Below are positions 11,088 through 22,223 of a DNA stretch of 64,000 bases, in pieces (position 1 is the stretch's first letter; every line of letters starts with the position of its first letter). Below the pieces are notes generated by a model. That model had not been told where the DNA came from. It was given only the letters and a program-made list of their open reading frames with translations, and made no database searches. The DNA lies in the NCBI GenBank assembly GCA_008690995.1, contig VRMN01000012.1:124001-188000 (forward strand), read 5' to 3'. Position numbers and translations under genes: made by a program. This DNA comes from Porphyridium purpureum. Its lineage: Eukaryota.

Positions 11088-12103
11088 ATGAAAAATCCGG
11101 ATAGCAAGTCAGAACATATTTTACCTGTGAAAGAAAAGTGCATGATTGTGTGATTGAAAAATAAATAGAAGAAAAAAATTAGATGTAGCCTTGCAAAACT
11201 TGCATATTCTCCGACTGGAGTATGTTTCTAGAGTGAAGCTTTCCGAATCGTTGCCTTGTATTCCCTTTCGACGTTCCCGACCGGATACGTACTGTATCCG
11301 ATGAGAACGCTCCGAAAGTAAAGGCAGGGCACTTTTGCGCATTCATTTCACGCGCGTGACTTGTTCGCGAAACATTCATTGAGCAGAGCACGGCAGAAAA
11401 GACATCAAACCATTCACGCACGAAGTGCGAAACTAGAGAGTCTCGTATGAGTTAGCCGTCAAGCATGTTTCGCGTTCGGCGCAAGGACACGCATTCATCC
11501 TGCAGCCCACTTCGAGCCCGCTTTGAGCCCGCTTCGACCCGCGCTTCGGGCGCAACGACAAAACGCACAGTAAAATATGCATTCTTATTATAAACTATTT
11601 CCGCAGTAAAGCGGCGTGATTTGTGAAGCCTGTCTGAGTAAACTGTACTTTCACAGAACCTCCTTCCGGAGTTTCGCAGCGCGCTGTGTGAATTCTGGTG
11701 ACGTGCGCTGAATTCCGCATGTGATGGTAGTCTGGGAGAGCGCGGCCGTGTGCCGTGCTGCTCGTCCGGCCTTCGCTCCACAGGTCGGATGGATGGCACG
11801 TGCCACGCCGTGTTGTGTCTGCAACCGGTGACAATTCCGGGCGTGGCGCGCCGCGTCTTACACTAGTGTCAGCACGCTGTGACGTCGGGCGTGTGCTCCG
11901 GTCACGGAAAGGAGCGTGAATGTTCAGTGGCGCGGGCGCCGCATCCTAGGCGAGATGAGACTGTTTCAATGAGGATGGTCGAGCCCCTTTGATGAATTTA
12001 CCAGCGTTAATTTCGCCACTTCTGGCTTCGCGGGTACCATTGCCAGCGCAAGAAGAAATGGAGAATGCACTCCGACAGACCCGGTTCGGGTCGCGCAACA
12101 GGG

Positions 12104-12110
12104 TATATAA
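12104..12110 (+). promoter_or_regulatory. TATA box of array copy 5
   Basis: GGG-TATATAA about 180 bp upstream of ATG 12285. Confidence 0.6.
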
Positions 12111-12284
12111 CAGGGCGCAGACGAGTTCGAAGACCAAGCACGAGGTAAGGCAGTACAGAGCAGAGACAAGAAGGTGCAGAAGAAGAGGAGCAAGGAGTGT
12201 CAAGAAGACAAGCACACGCAGACAAAGTCTGAGAGAGTGATTTGGAACAAGTGGGAGAAGCGGGAAAAAGTCGGGTCAGCCAGT

Positions 12285-14174
12285 ATGAAGACGAACAAGC
12301 ATGGCATGATACCTCTCTTCTTACTCGTTCTCTGCGCAATGTCATTCCGTGCGCAGTGCACGCATGCTCTGCAGAATGCAGGTGTTGTATACGGAATTGA
12401 GCGCAACGACGTGCAAAAGAATATTTTCGCAGTGGACTTTTCGGCCGGCGCAGGCATGGCACCAAGTGTGAGCCTGGTTGCAAACATGACGCGGGCCGCG
12501 ACCAACGACCCGGTAGGGTTTCCGATGCAGTGCTTTGGATATGTGAACGGGGTGACAGGCACAGGACCCCTGTACGAGTTTTCGCCGAATGGATTAGCTT
12601 ACGACGCTGAGTCGCGCCTGTATTTCGTCGCGTTTGACCAGTACGGCATGACAGCCTCGCGACTGTGCTTCTATTCAATCGCGACTGATTCGTTTGTATT
12701 CGCTGCACAACTTGGCGAACCAGTGATGGGTGCCGCCTTTGACCCAAACTCATACCAATATGTATGGATCGAACAGGGTCAGAAGCAGTCTGAAGGGGGT
12801 ATTCTGGTCCTCCAGTTCGCGCGGCTGGACAGAACGACGGGCCAGATTATGGAGCAAGTGACCAACACCATGTTCCGCAATGTGACGACGGATCCGAACG
12901 CACCAGCTGCCGAGCTCCCTTTCACTTTCCGCGGTGGCGATATGGCAATTGCTTGCAACGGGATGATGTATGCCAGCAGCGTCGGGACGGGCGGCGGCTT
13001 CAAATATTTCTTTTCGATCAACCTGAACTATAGTGCAGAAGCTTCAGGAGCCGCTCAAGGAATGCCATACGAGTACCGACTCATCCACGCATGTCAGAAA
13101 GTTCACTCTTCCAAGCCACTGTACTAAGCGATGCACCTCGCATCGCTTCTCCGGGCTGTCGACAGGCACGGGATCATGCCGAGCCTCGCAAGATAGTTCT
13201 CACGCAGGATCTCGTCCCACGCCAGCCCGGCGTACAGCGGTCACCTCGTGCGAAGTATATAAAGTGGACTCCGTCTCCCGCAAGCTAATGACGGGAGAAA
13301 AAGGAGGACCAGAGATGAGCGTAGTGAAGAACATTTAGTTAAAAAGGGTTTGTTGTCCTTATAAGCAGCAAGGGATTCTGAAGATCACCTCCTGCAGACC
13401 GACCTCACGTCCGTGGTGGCGGGCCCACTGCCTGACGTGTAGCAGTTCTTCCCTACGCCTTCGCGGTCTCTCCGGGGCACAAAACCCCGTAAAACCGGTT
13501 TTTGTGACAACGCAGACCCGAGTGATGATCCTAGCCAGGTGAGCACATTGACCGGGTTTGCGACCGCAGATCAGTTGGCGTTTGACATGATGGAAAGATT
13601 GATCAGCCAAGACAGCGAGCGAGGCATCTTTAGTGTCGTAGACATGGCGACCGGTGCGAACGGTGAGCTGGGCGTTGAGGGTGTGGATTTCGTCCGACTT
13701 TTCGAGATGGGTATGCTGCGCACTTTTGCAGACCTTGCCTCGTCCCTAGACTGCGACGCGCGGACGCCAATTCCAACACCGACTCCGCTGCTGACCCCAA
13801 CGCCAACTCCAACTCCCGAGTTTTGCTGCTCTCCACATGACGAAGGTGCCGTGTGCGACGTGGTACCACACATACCGGAAGAGAGCTCGGACAGCGACGA
13901 TGAGAGCCAGAGATTGCTTCCTAGCACCCGCCACCACCGCAGCCACGGCCGAAGCCGAGGCCGTGGTCATGGCCACGGCTGCCATTCAAGCTCAAGCTCC
14001 GACTCCGAGGCAGAATCGACAGAGATGCCGTGCTGCCCGTGCATATGCCCGAGACCGCCACCAACTGCTCCAGTGTGTGGAAATGTAGGAAGCGACAGCA
14101 GCGGCAAGAGTGGGAAGAGTGGCAGCAGTGGTAGCGATTCGGAGTCCAAGGGTAGCGGCTCGGACAGCGAGTAG
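12285..14174 (+). pseudogene. Array copy 5, interrupted by a solo LTR (otherwise intact reading frame)
   Basis: ORF halves 12285-13091 and 13515-14174 join as RLIHA|DPSDDPSQVSTLTG after removal of the insertion plus one TSD. Confidence 0.85.
13092..13509 (+). mobile_element. 418-bp solo LTR
   Basis: TGTCA...TGACA termini. 5-bp TSD ACGCA (13087-13091, 13510-13514). TATATAAA at 13256-13263. Second copy at 52693-53110. Confidence 0.92.
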
Positions 14175-14224
14175 AGTATGCACTTTCACACAGCGAGTAG
14201 AGTATGCACTTTCACACAGCGAGT
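14164..14224 (+). repeat. 26-bp tandem duplication spanning the copy 5 stop codon
   Basis: ACAGCGAGTAGAGTATGCACTTTCAC x2 plus a partial third copy. Confidence 0.9.
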
Positions 14225-14682
14225 CAGTGATAATGCCCTTGAAAACGAGAATTACAGGGAAGCACGATTGAATAAAGACTGAAGAGGTTCGACATCGACC
14301 ACGTGGACAACGCGTATCATCCATTCGACTATACTCGATTCGCCGCAGGCTTTCTTGACGCACCATTTATCCCGCCTACAGTTGAATTGGGTGTGCTGAC
14401 CTTGCATGAATGGTTGCCAAATAACTTGTACCATTTGGTCTATGCGTCACCTTCTGCCGTTGCCTCATGCAGCGTCTGGGCTTTTAGCGTAATGTGTGCG
14501 GATGATATAGCAGTACCGTGCCAGCATCTGCCACTTGGCAGTGCTATGTAGATTGATGAACAGCGTAGCAACCATGCAGAGAACGTTATGACTTGGTCTG
14601 ACTTTAGGGAACATTTCGAAGAATATCATTGTCTTTTACTTGAATGATAACCCGAACTTGCCACTATGCGCCTGCCGCTAAA

Positions 14683-15102
14683 CTACTTGGTTACCTCATC
14701 CTTGGCATCCTCCATGTTGCTGCCGACCTTTTTGGCAGTGTCCTTCACGTTCTCTTTGGCGTCTTTAAACGCGTCCTTTGTCTTGTTCGCCGCATCTTTA
14801 GCATAGTCACCCACATTTTCAGCTGTGTCCGTGACTTTGTCCTTCGAATTTTCGTACGCGTCCTTGGCAGCGTCGGACCCATCACTCGCAATATCGTGCG
14901 TCTTGTCCTTAACATTCTCGGCAGCATCACCCACCGCCGACTTGGTCTTATCGTAGTCCTTGTCGAGCGATGAGTTCATCATTACCTGCGCGCGCGCGCG
15001 CGGCGCGACCGTCATCACGCCTGCGACGCGAGAAACCTGAAGAGTACGACCCAGCTGGCCCGCGGCGACACCGCCGAACATCATCCCATTCACAAACGCC
15101 AT
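14683..15102 (-). CDS. LEA (group 3-like) hydrophilic protein with probable plastid transit peptide
   Basis: MAFVNG... leader rich in A/R/V, followed by roughly 11-mer K/D/A repeats (AKDAYENSKDK, AKDAANKTKDA, AKENVKDTAKK). Confidence 0.8.
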   Translation of the reverse strand: MAFVNGMMFGGVAAGQLGRTLQVSRVAGVMTVAPRARAQVMMNSSLDKDYDKTKSAVGDAAENVKDKTHDIASDGSDAAKDAYENSKDKVTDTAENVGDYAKDAANKTKDAFKDAKENVKDTAKKVGSNMEDAKDEVTK

Positions 15103-16149
15103 TCTGACTGTTAAGATTTTCACTGCTCAATTCTTTTGTCGATTCTGTTATCCGAGAACTTGCTTCCTACCTCTGTACAACTTTCCGACTTATCCTGTCA
15201 CCATTCTTCTCATGCGCTATTTATACTCAGCGAGCGCCTTGTACAGAAACCAGCGGGCCAGCCACTCTGGAGCCCAGCGCGGGAGATTCCGGAACACGTG
15301 GAATGCTGGGTCTCCCGCGCGTCACATCCTCTGTTTTCCTTCAATCCTCTTCCATTCCCATCTCGAGACGCTCAGCCCGTGCCGCATCACGTGGAATACC
15401 CCCAGAGGTTAATATCTACTTATCTCTCCTTCCACGACGCAGCAGCTCCGCATTCCCACGACCGACTCATAGTGGCACGGTCCCATGGCATTCGATCCTG
15501 TTGGCAACAATCCCCGCTCTATCCAACTTGGCAACTTTGGCTATCCGTGAGCGGGCAGATGATAATACACCGTACTCCTCCAGCAGGCAGCGCGTCGCGT
15601 TGGAATCAGGAAACAGCGATCATCTCAGCTCACGTCTCGCTGCTTTCTTCTCTCGGCTCCGCGGCTCCGCTCCACCTGGAGCACAGCTCAAGTGGCGACT
15701 GTACCTCTCGCGACATCGAATTCTCGCTTCGCGTTCCGCGCTCCACGCTGCTGCCTCACCGCCACAGCCGACAGCCTGCCCGCCAGATTCGCACGCACCG
15801 ACATGCCCGGAACGCCGTCGTTTCCACGCCCACGTCTCAAGTCCGTTCTCCCGCTTCACGCTCCTTGGTGCGTTCTCGTAGACGGCAACACAAACTTCGA
15901 AGCGCCGATTTACTCCGGGACGAGTTCAGGCGATGAAGAAGAAGACAAAAGAAGAAAACACCTTTGCAGGAGAAGAAGGAAACATCTATCGGCCGTTTAT
16001 CATGTCTATGGCCACGTCGAACCTCCATTGACTGATTCCTGTCGTCAAAGTGCTCGACGCCAGGGGATAATGGATCGACGGTGACTACATCCGCTGTGCG
16101 ACAATCACAGCACGGTCTGCAATGCCACTCTACGTCGTGCCTCAATGTG

Positions 16150-17500
16150 CCGCCGTCACCAGCGTATAATCTTCCTGAGTCAGAATGATATGCACGTCCG
16201 ACTGCACGACGTCATGCAAGTGGTCCACGTTGTACTGGTAGCCGGGCTCTGCAAAGACTTGTGCGCACGTGCCGAGCTCCGAGCTTGCCATTCAAATAGG
16301 AGCAGCGCCCGCCTCTACGGTCATCTCCGAGAACATGGTCTTGCGTGCCACATGGTATGTCGTTGAGACCTACCACGTGCCGCAACTCGCGCACATCATC
16401 GCCGGCGTGCACTTTCTTCAGGGCAGATGCGCCTATTGACTTGGCTTCGATGTAAAGGGACCTAGGTATGGCTGCGGCTGTAGATGTTGATGAGGTTGCC
16501 AACGTTGGCATCGGCTTGCCAAAACCATCAAGGTATGGCCATTCAGCAAGCTTTAGCGATTGGATAGAGCTATCATCTGGCTCAATCATACCGGAGCTTG
16601 TGTTCAGAGCTTGGGCCCCAACCTGCTAGCCCCATCTCAGGCATAGAAATCGATTCGGTACAATGAGCGGAATGGAACTCGGTGGCTTGAAAGCGCCACA
16701 CCGTATTGCTGGAAACGCCACACTTCACCCTGACCTGAACAGAGATGGCGTTCTCGACGAGGTCGCCAATTCAAGGCGAGCATTCGGTTTCGCGACGCCC
16801 TTGTAACGTTTTTCCGTGTGCAGACCACTTTCGGGATTTGCAGTCTCACAGATCCCCACATGCGACTCGCATCAGATCGCAAGCTCAACCTTGACACAAT
16901 CCATTCAGACTTCGGCACTGACGGTCGCTGGGGTCGGCCTGCGGCTAACGATGGAGCTCAAGCAGCTCTGGTTGCCAGCGTCGACGAGCATAGGTGCAGT
17001 ACCCGTGCAATGGGCATGTAATGAGGTCACCGCTTGCACGATGTACGGTTCACCCAGCATACGATTCAATCCGCACGCCGCGATCGTCACGTCGATGGAC
17101 AAAACCACAGAAAGTGAGGCCGTATCATCCTGACGCTGGTTCAAACTTTGGTTGAGCAGCCGGTGCATGAACGAAATAAAGTTGTGGGTTTATTCATTAA
17201 TGTCGCAGATGGTCACACTAGATGCGATCAGGTCTCACTGTTGGCCACACACGACACCAGCCGCGCTGATCACCAGGAATACCTTCAACAAAGCGGCCGC
17301 ATCCTGCCTCGACCGTCGTTCTCCCATCGTACCACAAATCATCTACTGTCCGAATATCCCCAGATCCTCTTGCTCCACAACCGCACCTGCCATGGCCAAG
17401 TTCACACGAGCTGCGCCACCTTGCACCTCATCACGCGACACGAACACCCAGGCGCGCTGAGCCACTACCAACTCAGTCCAGCAGCCAGCCAGCTAGCAGC
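16150..17500 (-). pseudogene. Degenerate coding remnant, possibly with a PD-(D/E)xK nuclease-like motif
   Basis: Protein-like minus-strand frames broken by stops (16905..17168, 16212..16589), including WPYLDGF...SLYIEAKS. Confidence 0.25.
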
Positions 17501-17811
17501 CAGAAGACATCGGATGCGCGTTGCACTCACAAATAACGACCCGGTGGCACAGTCGTAAAGAGTAGCACCTCGGCGCCGCTGCTGTATATCGCATCGCTCG
17601 GCAGCTCGGCCCCCACAGTCGCTGACCTACGCCCAAACACGCGCCTGTTCGGCGCGGCAGCAGGCACCGCGCGGATAGATCTCCCAGCTGCACCGGCAGT
17701 TACTCAATTATCACTAAATAACGCCATTTTACTATAAATATCCGATGCCGTTACGCGACCGGAAACGGTTTTTTTCCGTTTGCGTGTGGAGTGGAATCTG
17801 CGGTGCGAGGA

Positions 17812-17813
17812 AG

Positions 17814-17853
<40 letters not shown>
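17812..17853 (+). repeat. (GA)n microsatellite upstream of the SthA-like gene
   Basis: GAGAGAG...AAAGAGAGAG purine run. Confidence 0.85.
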
Positions 17854-18008
17854 CAGCAAGTGAGAGGAGGAGTGCGGATGTGGAGCGGCGCGCGCGTGAC
17901 TGTACGATCAACGCTGAACGTGGATTGTTTGGTCCAAGACCGACGGGAAGTTTTGGCAGAGCTTGCGGAGTGGGAGTTAAAGATTGAGAGGACCTAGTTC
18001 GCAGTGAG

Positions 18009-19574
18009 ATGGGGATGGGAGCAGCCGATGCCGATGAGTATGATGTGTTGGTGGTAGGAGGAGGGCCAGTGGGTACGCATATAGCGTATCTGGCAGGGCT
18101 GGCCGGCAAGCGGATTGGGATTGTGGAGCCACGTGGGAGGCTGTTGGCCGCGCCGACCGGGTGGGTGTCCAAGGTCTTCCGTGAGGCAGGGCGTGAGCTG
18201 GGTAGTAAGGACGCGTCTCACCGCGCAGACTGGCAGCGCGTGGTGGACGAGTTTCTGCTGCCCACAGCCGAGCGCGCGTTTGCGCTCACGGATAGGACCG
18301 TCGAGCAGCTCAAGGCGGTCTCTGGCACGTGCTCGGTCACCATCATCAAGGGCAAGGCCGAGTTCTCCGGGCCCATGCAGCTCACTGTGACTGACGAAAG
18401 CGCCGAAACGGCGAGTCCACCGGTCTTGCTGCGTGCGTCCAGTATTTTCCTGGCGATTGGCTCTCTGGCGAATCGCCTGCCCAGTCTCCCGTGGTCCGAC
18501 CCACTCGCCGATGGCTTCCTGTTCGATTCAGACACGATCATGAACGTCGGCAGGCTCCCACACCACGTCGCAATTCAGGGCGCGGGCGTGATTGGATTTG
18601 AGTACGCGTCCATCTTTCGCCGGCTAGGCGCAGACGTGACCATTTTCTTCCGCGAGTCTGCGCCGCTCGACGTGGGTATTGGGATTGACTCATCGGTGAT
18701 GAAAGCCGTGCTCAAGCGCATGACCAAAGTGGGCATCACGGTGCTGTGCGAAGACGGCGATATTGAAAGCATTGACTTGCCACCGCAGAAGCACGGCATG
18801 GGTCGCATCACGCTGGCCAAGTCGGGCCGCGTCATCGAGTGCGACGCGTTCATGTCGGCCATTGGGCGGCACGGTAATGCCTCGTCGCTCAATCTTGGCG
18901 CCGGTGGACTGGCCGCTCCAGTTCGTGGTAACTTTGTGCAGGTAGACCCAGACAGCATGCGCGCGCGCACGGCACAGGGCGACGCAGATTTTTCCATGCC
19001 CGTGTATGCGATTGGCGACTGCTGTTTGGGTAGCCGCATCACCGGTATGCTGCTGTCGTCAGGACAGGCCCATGCAGAAATTGCGGCCAACCATGCATTT
19101 GGATTGGACGAAATTCATGCGGATGGACGTCTCAAGCGCTCCTCAACCACAGGGTTTGTCTTCTCCGAGGTGGAGTACCCGGAGCACCACGCCGTGGCGT
19201 TGTGGACGGACCCGACTATCGCGTATGCCGGGCTGAGCGAGCAGGCAGCAGTGGCCAAGCTTGGCGCTGAGCGCGTAGGCACCGTCACCGTGCACTTTAC
19301 CGACACTGTCAAGGCCTGCGTGCGTCCGCGCGGCAAGGACGAATTCCTCAAGCTGGTGTACAAGAAGGACGGAGGAACCTTGCTGGGTGTCTGCATTTTC
19401 GGGTCGGATGCGTCTGAGATTGTGCAGAACGTGTGCTCTAGCATCAATCGCGGCGACACGCTGTGGCAGGTCGCGCGCACCGTGCAGCCTGCCGTCACCT
19501 ATCAGGAAAGTCTCCGCACGGCTGCTTTCCGTGCCATCCACTCGATTCAGCTTGAGCAGGAGCAAGACGCTTAG
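18009..19574 (+). CDS. Pyridine nucleotide-disulfide oxidoreductase family flavoprotein, soluble transhydrogenase (SthA/UdhA)-like
   Basis: YDVLVVGGGPVG FAD motif. DSDTI...GAGVIGFEYASIFRRLG resembles the SthA NAD-binding signature. YAIGD and C-terminal dimerisation region LLGVCIFGSDASEIV. Confidence 0.85.
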   Translation: MGMGAADADEYDVLVVGGGPVGTHIAYLAGLAGKRIGIVEPRGRLLAAPTGWVSKVFREAGRELGSKDASHRADWQRVVDEFLLPTAERAFALTDRTVEQLKAVSGTCSVTIIKGKAEFSGPMQLTVTDESAETASPPVLLRASSIFLAIGSLANRLPSLPWSDPLADGFLFDSDTIMNVGRLPHHVAIQGAGVIGFEYASIFRRLGADVTIFFRESAPLDVGIGIDSSVMKAVLKRMTKVGITVLCEDGDIESIDLPPQKHGMGRITLAKSGRVIECDAFMSAIGRHGNASSLNLGAGGLAAPVRGNFVQVDPDSMRARTAQGDADFSMPVYAIGDCCLGSRITGMLLSSGQAHAEIAANHAFGLDEIHADGRLKRSSTTGFVFSEVEYPEHHAVALWTDPTIAYAGLSEQAAVAKLGAERVGTVTVHFTDTVKACVRPRGKDEFLKLVYKKDGGTLLGVCIFGSDASEIVQNVCSSINRGDTLWQVARTVQPAVTYQESLRTAAFRAIHSIQLEQEQDA

Positions 19575-20468
19575 CATGCGCAGTTGAATCATGAAGAGAC
19601 GGAGCCCTTCCTCCTCTTTTTGCTCGCGCGCTGTCGAAATCGAAACCTCAACCTCCTCGCCCTTTTGCCTTTGCAGCATAACTTTGAATCCGTCCTATGT
19701 ACCAAATCTGCGCCCCAGAAAGCTCTTCTCCAACTAAAAATGACCAAAACATGATAATTACACAGCTTCTCCCCGCTTGCGCATCTGAGACTGCACCGCT
19801 CTCGACATCAGCACCTCGGCATTGTCCACGCTTGCACTGGTCCAGTCAACGAGCCTCGGTCACCCAGAAACAGAGAGAGTCATCCCTCATACCGTGTGAG
19901 CTTGTGCGGTGCGCCACGCGGTCATTACTCCTATCCATCCTGGCACAGCCTCTCACCACACTTTCTTCCACACCTTGCTGCTACTGCTGCTGCTTCTGCT
20001 GCTGCTTCTGCTTCTGCGTGCTGCTTCTCCCAATGCCAACTCGCGCCAGCTCGAAGAAAAAACCACGCGCGACGTTCAGTGACCACTGTACCTTATCCTC
20101 AGGAAATAGATGTACAGTGAGGAGGTACACCGACCTAAAACAGCCCTCTCTATTAAATTTGCGTACATTTATTGGTACTCAAAAATAGATATTAAATCAG
20201 TCTGTTTTTATAAGACATGTGACATGAGCCGGTAGACCGTTTTGCCCCGATTCGCGAGAAACCGATAAACCGTTCTGTGTAAGGGAGAAAAATTTTGTGT
20301 GGGAGAAGAAAAAGAGAGAGCAGAGAGGGCGAGGGGAGAAGAACGGGGATTGGAACGGGCTGGTAGAGATACAGACGGGTACTTGAGAGGCGGCTGGAGC
20401 GCTACATGCGCGGGGTTTGGTGTGTGCTGGCGTGGGCGTGACGTGTGAGTGTGTCTTGCGAACAAAAG

Positions 20469-20831
20469 ATGTCGTCGGATAATGAGCAGGAGGTTGGAGA
20501 TAGCCGCGAACAGGACAAGTACCTTCCCATCGCTAACATTGCGCGGATTATGAAGCAGGCGCTGCCGGAGAGTGGCAAGGTGGCAAAAGACGGAAAGGAT
20601 ACCGTGCAGGAGTGCGTATCCGAGTTTATCTCCTTTATCACCTCCGAGGCAAGCGACAAGTGTATCCGCGAAAAGCGCAAGACGATCAATGGCGAGGATA
20701 TTCTGTGGGCCATGAACACGCTAGGCTTCGACGCGTACATTGAGCCGCTCAAAATTTACCTCGCCAGGTACCGTGAGCTTATGCTCAACGAAAAGCTGGA
20801 GGAGGATAAGAAGAATAAGATTCAGCAGTGA
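20469..20831 (+). CDS. NFYB: Nuclear transcription factor Y subunit B (HAP3/CBF-A)
   Basis: [17 protein letters not shown]...[42 protein letters not shown] histone-fold core. Confidence 0.97.
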   Translation: MSSDNEQEVGDSREQDKYLPIANIARIMKQALPESGKVAKDGKDTVQECVSEFISFITSEASDKCIREKRKTINGEDILWAMNTLGFDAYIEPLKIYLARYRELMLNEKLEEDKKNKIQQ

Positions 20832-21386
20832 GTGGCACACGGGCGATGCGAATCTTGCGCAAGAAAGAAAAAATAAGTCCATGTCCTGTGGGAAGCTCTT
20901 CATCGCTCAAACATTGGACACAAGCCAAAACACGCAGAACAAGCAGAACTAAACATGTCCGCTACCGCGTGTTTGTACTCGTTGCGGAACCAGAACAAAC
21001 CAGCTCCACTGAAGATTCCCTCCGCGCCACATTCACACGTGCGAAAGAGCATCATACGTTCCCCATTTCCGTCCTCATTCAGAAGCTGACGGCTCAGTCC
21101 AGCTGAGGCAGCGTCATGCCGTGACACAACAAAGATTCACCACCCGCAAGCGCACGCAGCCGAACATCTGGAAACGCCTTGCGGCTCACACTTTCATTTC
21201 TCCAAGTGGAAGGTGACTTGAGACCGTCGAAAAGGACAGACCGCAGGTAAAGAGACGGCTGGATTAAAGCACGCGGTCAGATTCTGGCGGGAGGAAGGAA
21301 GACTCGCTGTTATCATCTGTACCAAGTCGCCGTTTGCAGATCTGCGAGTAGGAGGTTGTCTACGGAAAAGCACAAGAGAAGGGAAG

Positions 21387-22067
21387 ATGGTCAAGGTGGT
21401 GATTGTGTCTACGTCTGCGTCCGACTTGAAAGGACACGCCACGGGCTTGTGGATTGAGGAATGCGCGACTCCGTACTACATGTTCAAGGCCAAGGGCTTT
21501 GACGTGGTGCTTGCGAGCACGAGTGGCGGGGCGATTCCGATTGACGCCACAAGTATGGCCGACGCGTTTTTTACGGACGCGTCCAAGCGCTTCCTGCACG
21601 ATGCCGAAGCCATGGGCGCGTTCAGTCACTCAATCAAGGTGTCCACCATTGATTGGGCAGGCGTGGACGCCATCTATATGGCTGGCGGGCACGGCACGTG
21701 CGTGGATTTTGTGCAAAGTACCGAATTGCACGACGCGATCGCCCATATTTACAAAATGGGCAAGATCGTCGCGGCCGATTGCCACGGTCCTATTGCACTG
21801 TGCCATGTCTCCAAGCCAGACGGCACGCCGCTGCTTCAAGGCGTCACAGCGACAGGATTTGCAGACTCTGAAGAAGTTGCGGTGCAACTGGACAAAATCG
21901 TGCCGTACATGCTCGAGGCCAAGATGAAGGAGCTCGGCGCCAAGTACGAAAAGGCCGACGACTGGAACCCCAAGGTTTGCGTGGATGGCAAGATCGTTAC
22001 AGGCCAGAACCCGCAGTCGTCTGAGGTGTGCGCTGAAGCTGTGATCCAGCTCCTCGCTTCTGCGTAA
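21387..22067 (+). CDS. DJ-1/PfpI family, Hsp31-like glyoxalase III
   Basis: TGLWIEE..PYY, AGGHG, nucleophile elbow DCHGP, VTGQNPQSS. Confidence 0.93.
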   Translation: MVKVVIVSTSASDLKGHATGLWIEECATPYYMFKAKGFDVVLASTSGGAIPIDATSMADAFFTDASKRFLHDAEAMGAFSHSIKVSTIDWAGVDAIYMAGGHGTCVDFVQSTELHDAIAHIYKMGKIVAADCHGPIALCHVSKPDGTPLLQGVTATGFADSEEVAVQLDKIVPYMLEAKMKELGAKYEKADDWNPKVCVDGKIVTGQNPQSSEVCAEAVIQLLASA

Positions 22068-22223
22068 CCAAGACGCCATGGGAAAGACTCGAAGACGTTG
22101 ACAAGGTAGAAACAAGAGAACGGCAGATGAAAGGAACACAATATAATGTACCTTTTTATACTTTGTTTCAGGTGCAACAGTGCAAGTATCTTATTCCTCT
22201 AAACGCTTGCCGCCGGCGGCGCC

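Noticed and set aside
13033..13338. ORFs shared with 52864..53256
   Set aside because: Incidental frames within the solo LTR.
15136..16145. Several overlapping 130-270 aa ORFs upstream of the LEA gene
   Set aside because: No recognisable domain or coding-like composition.
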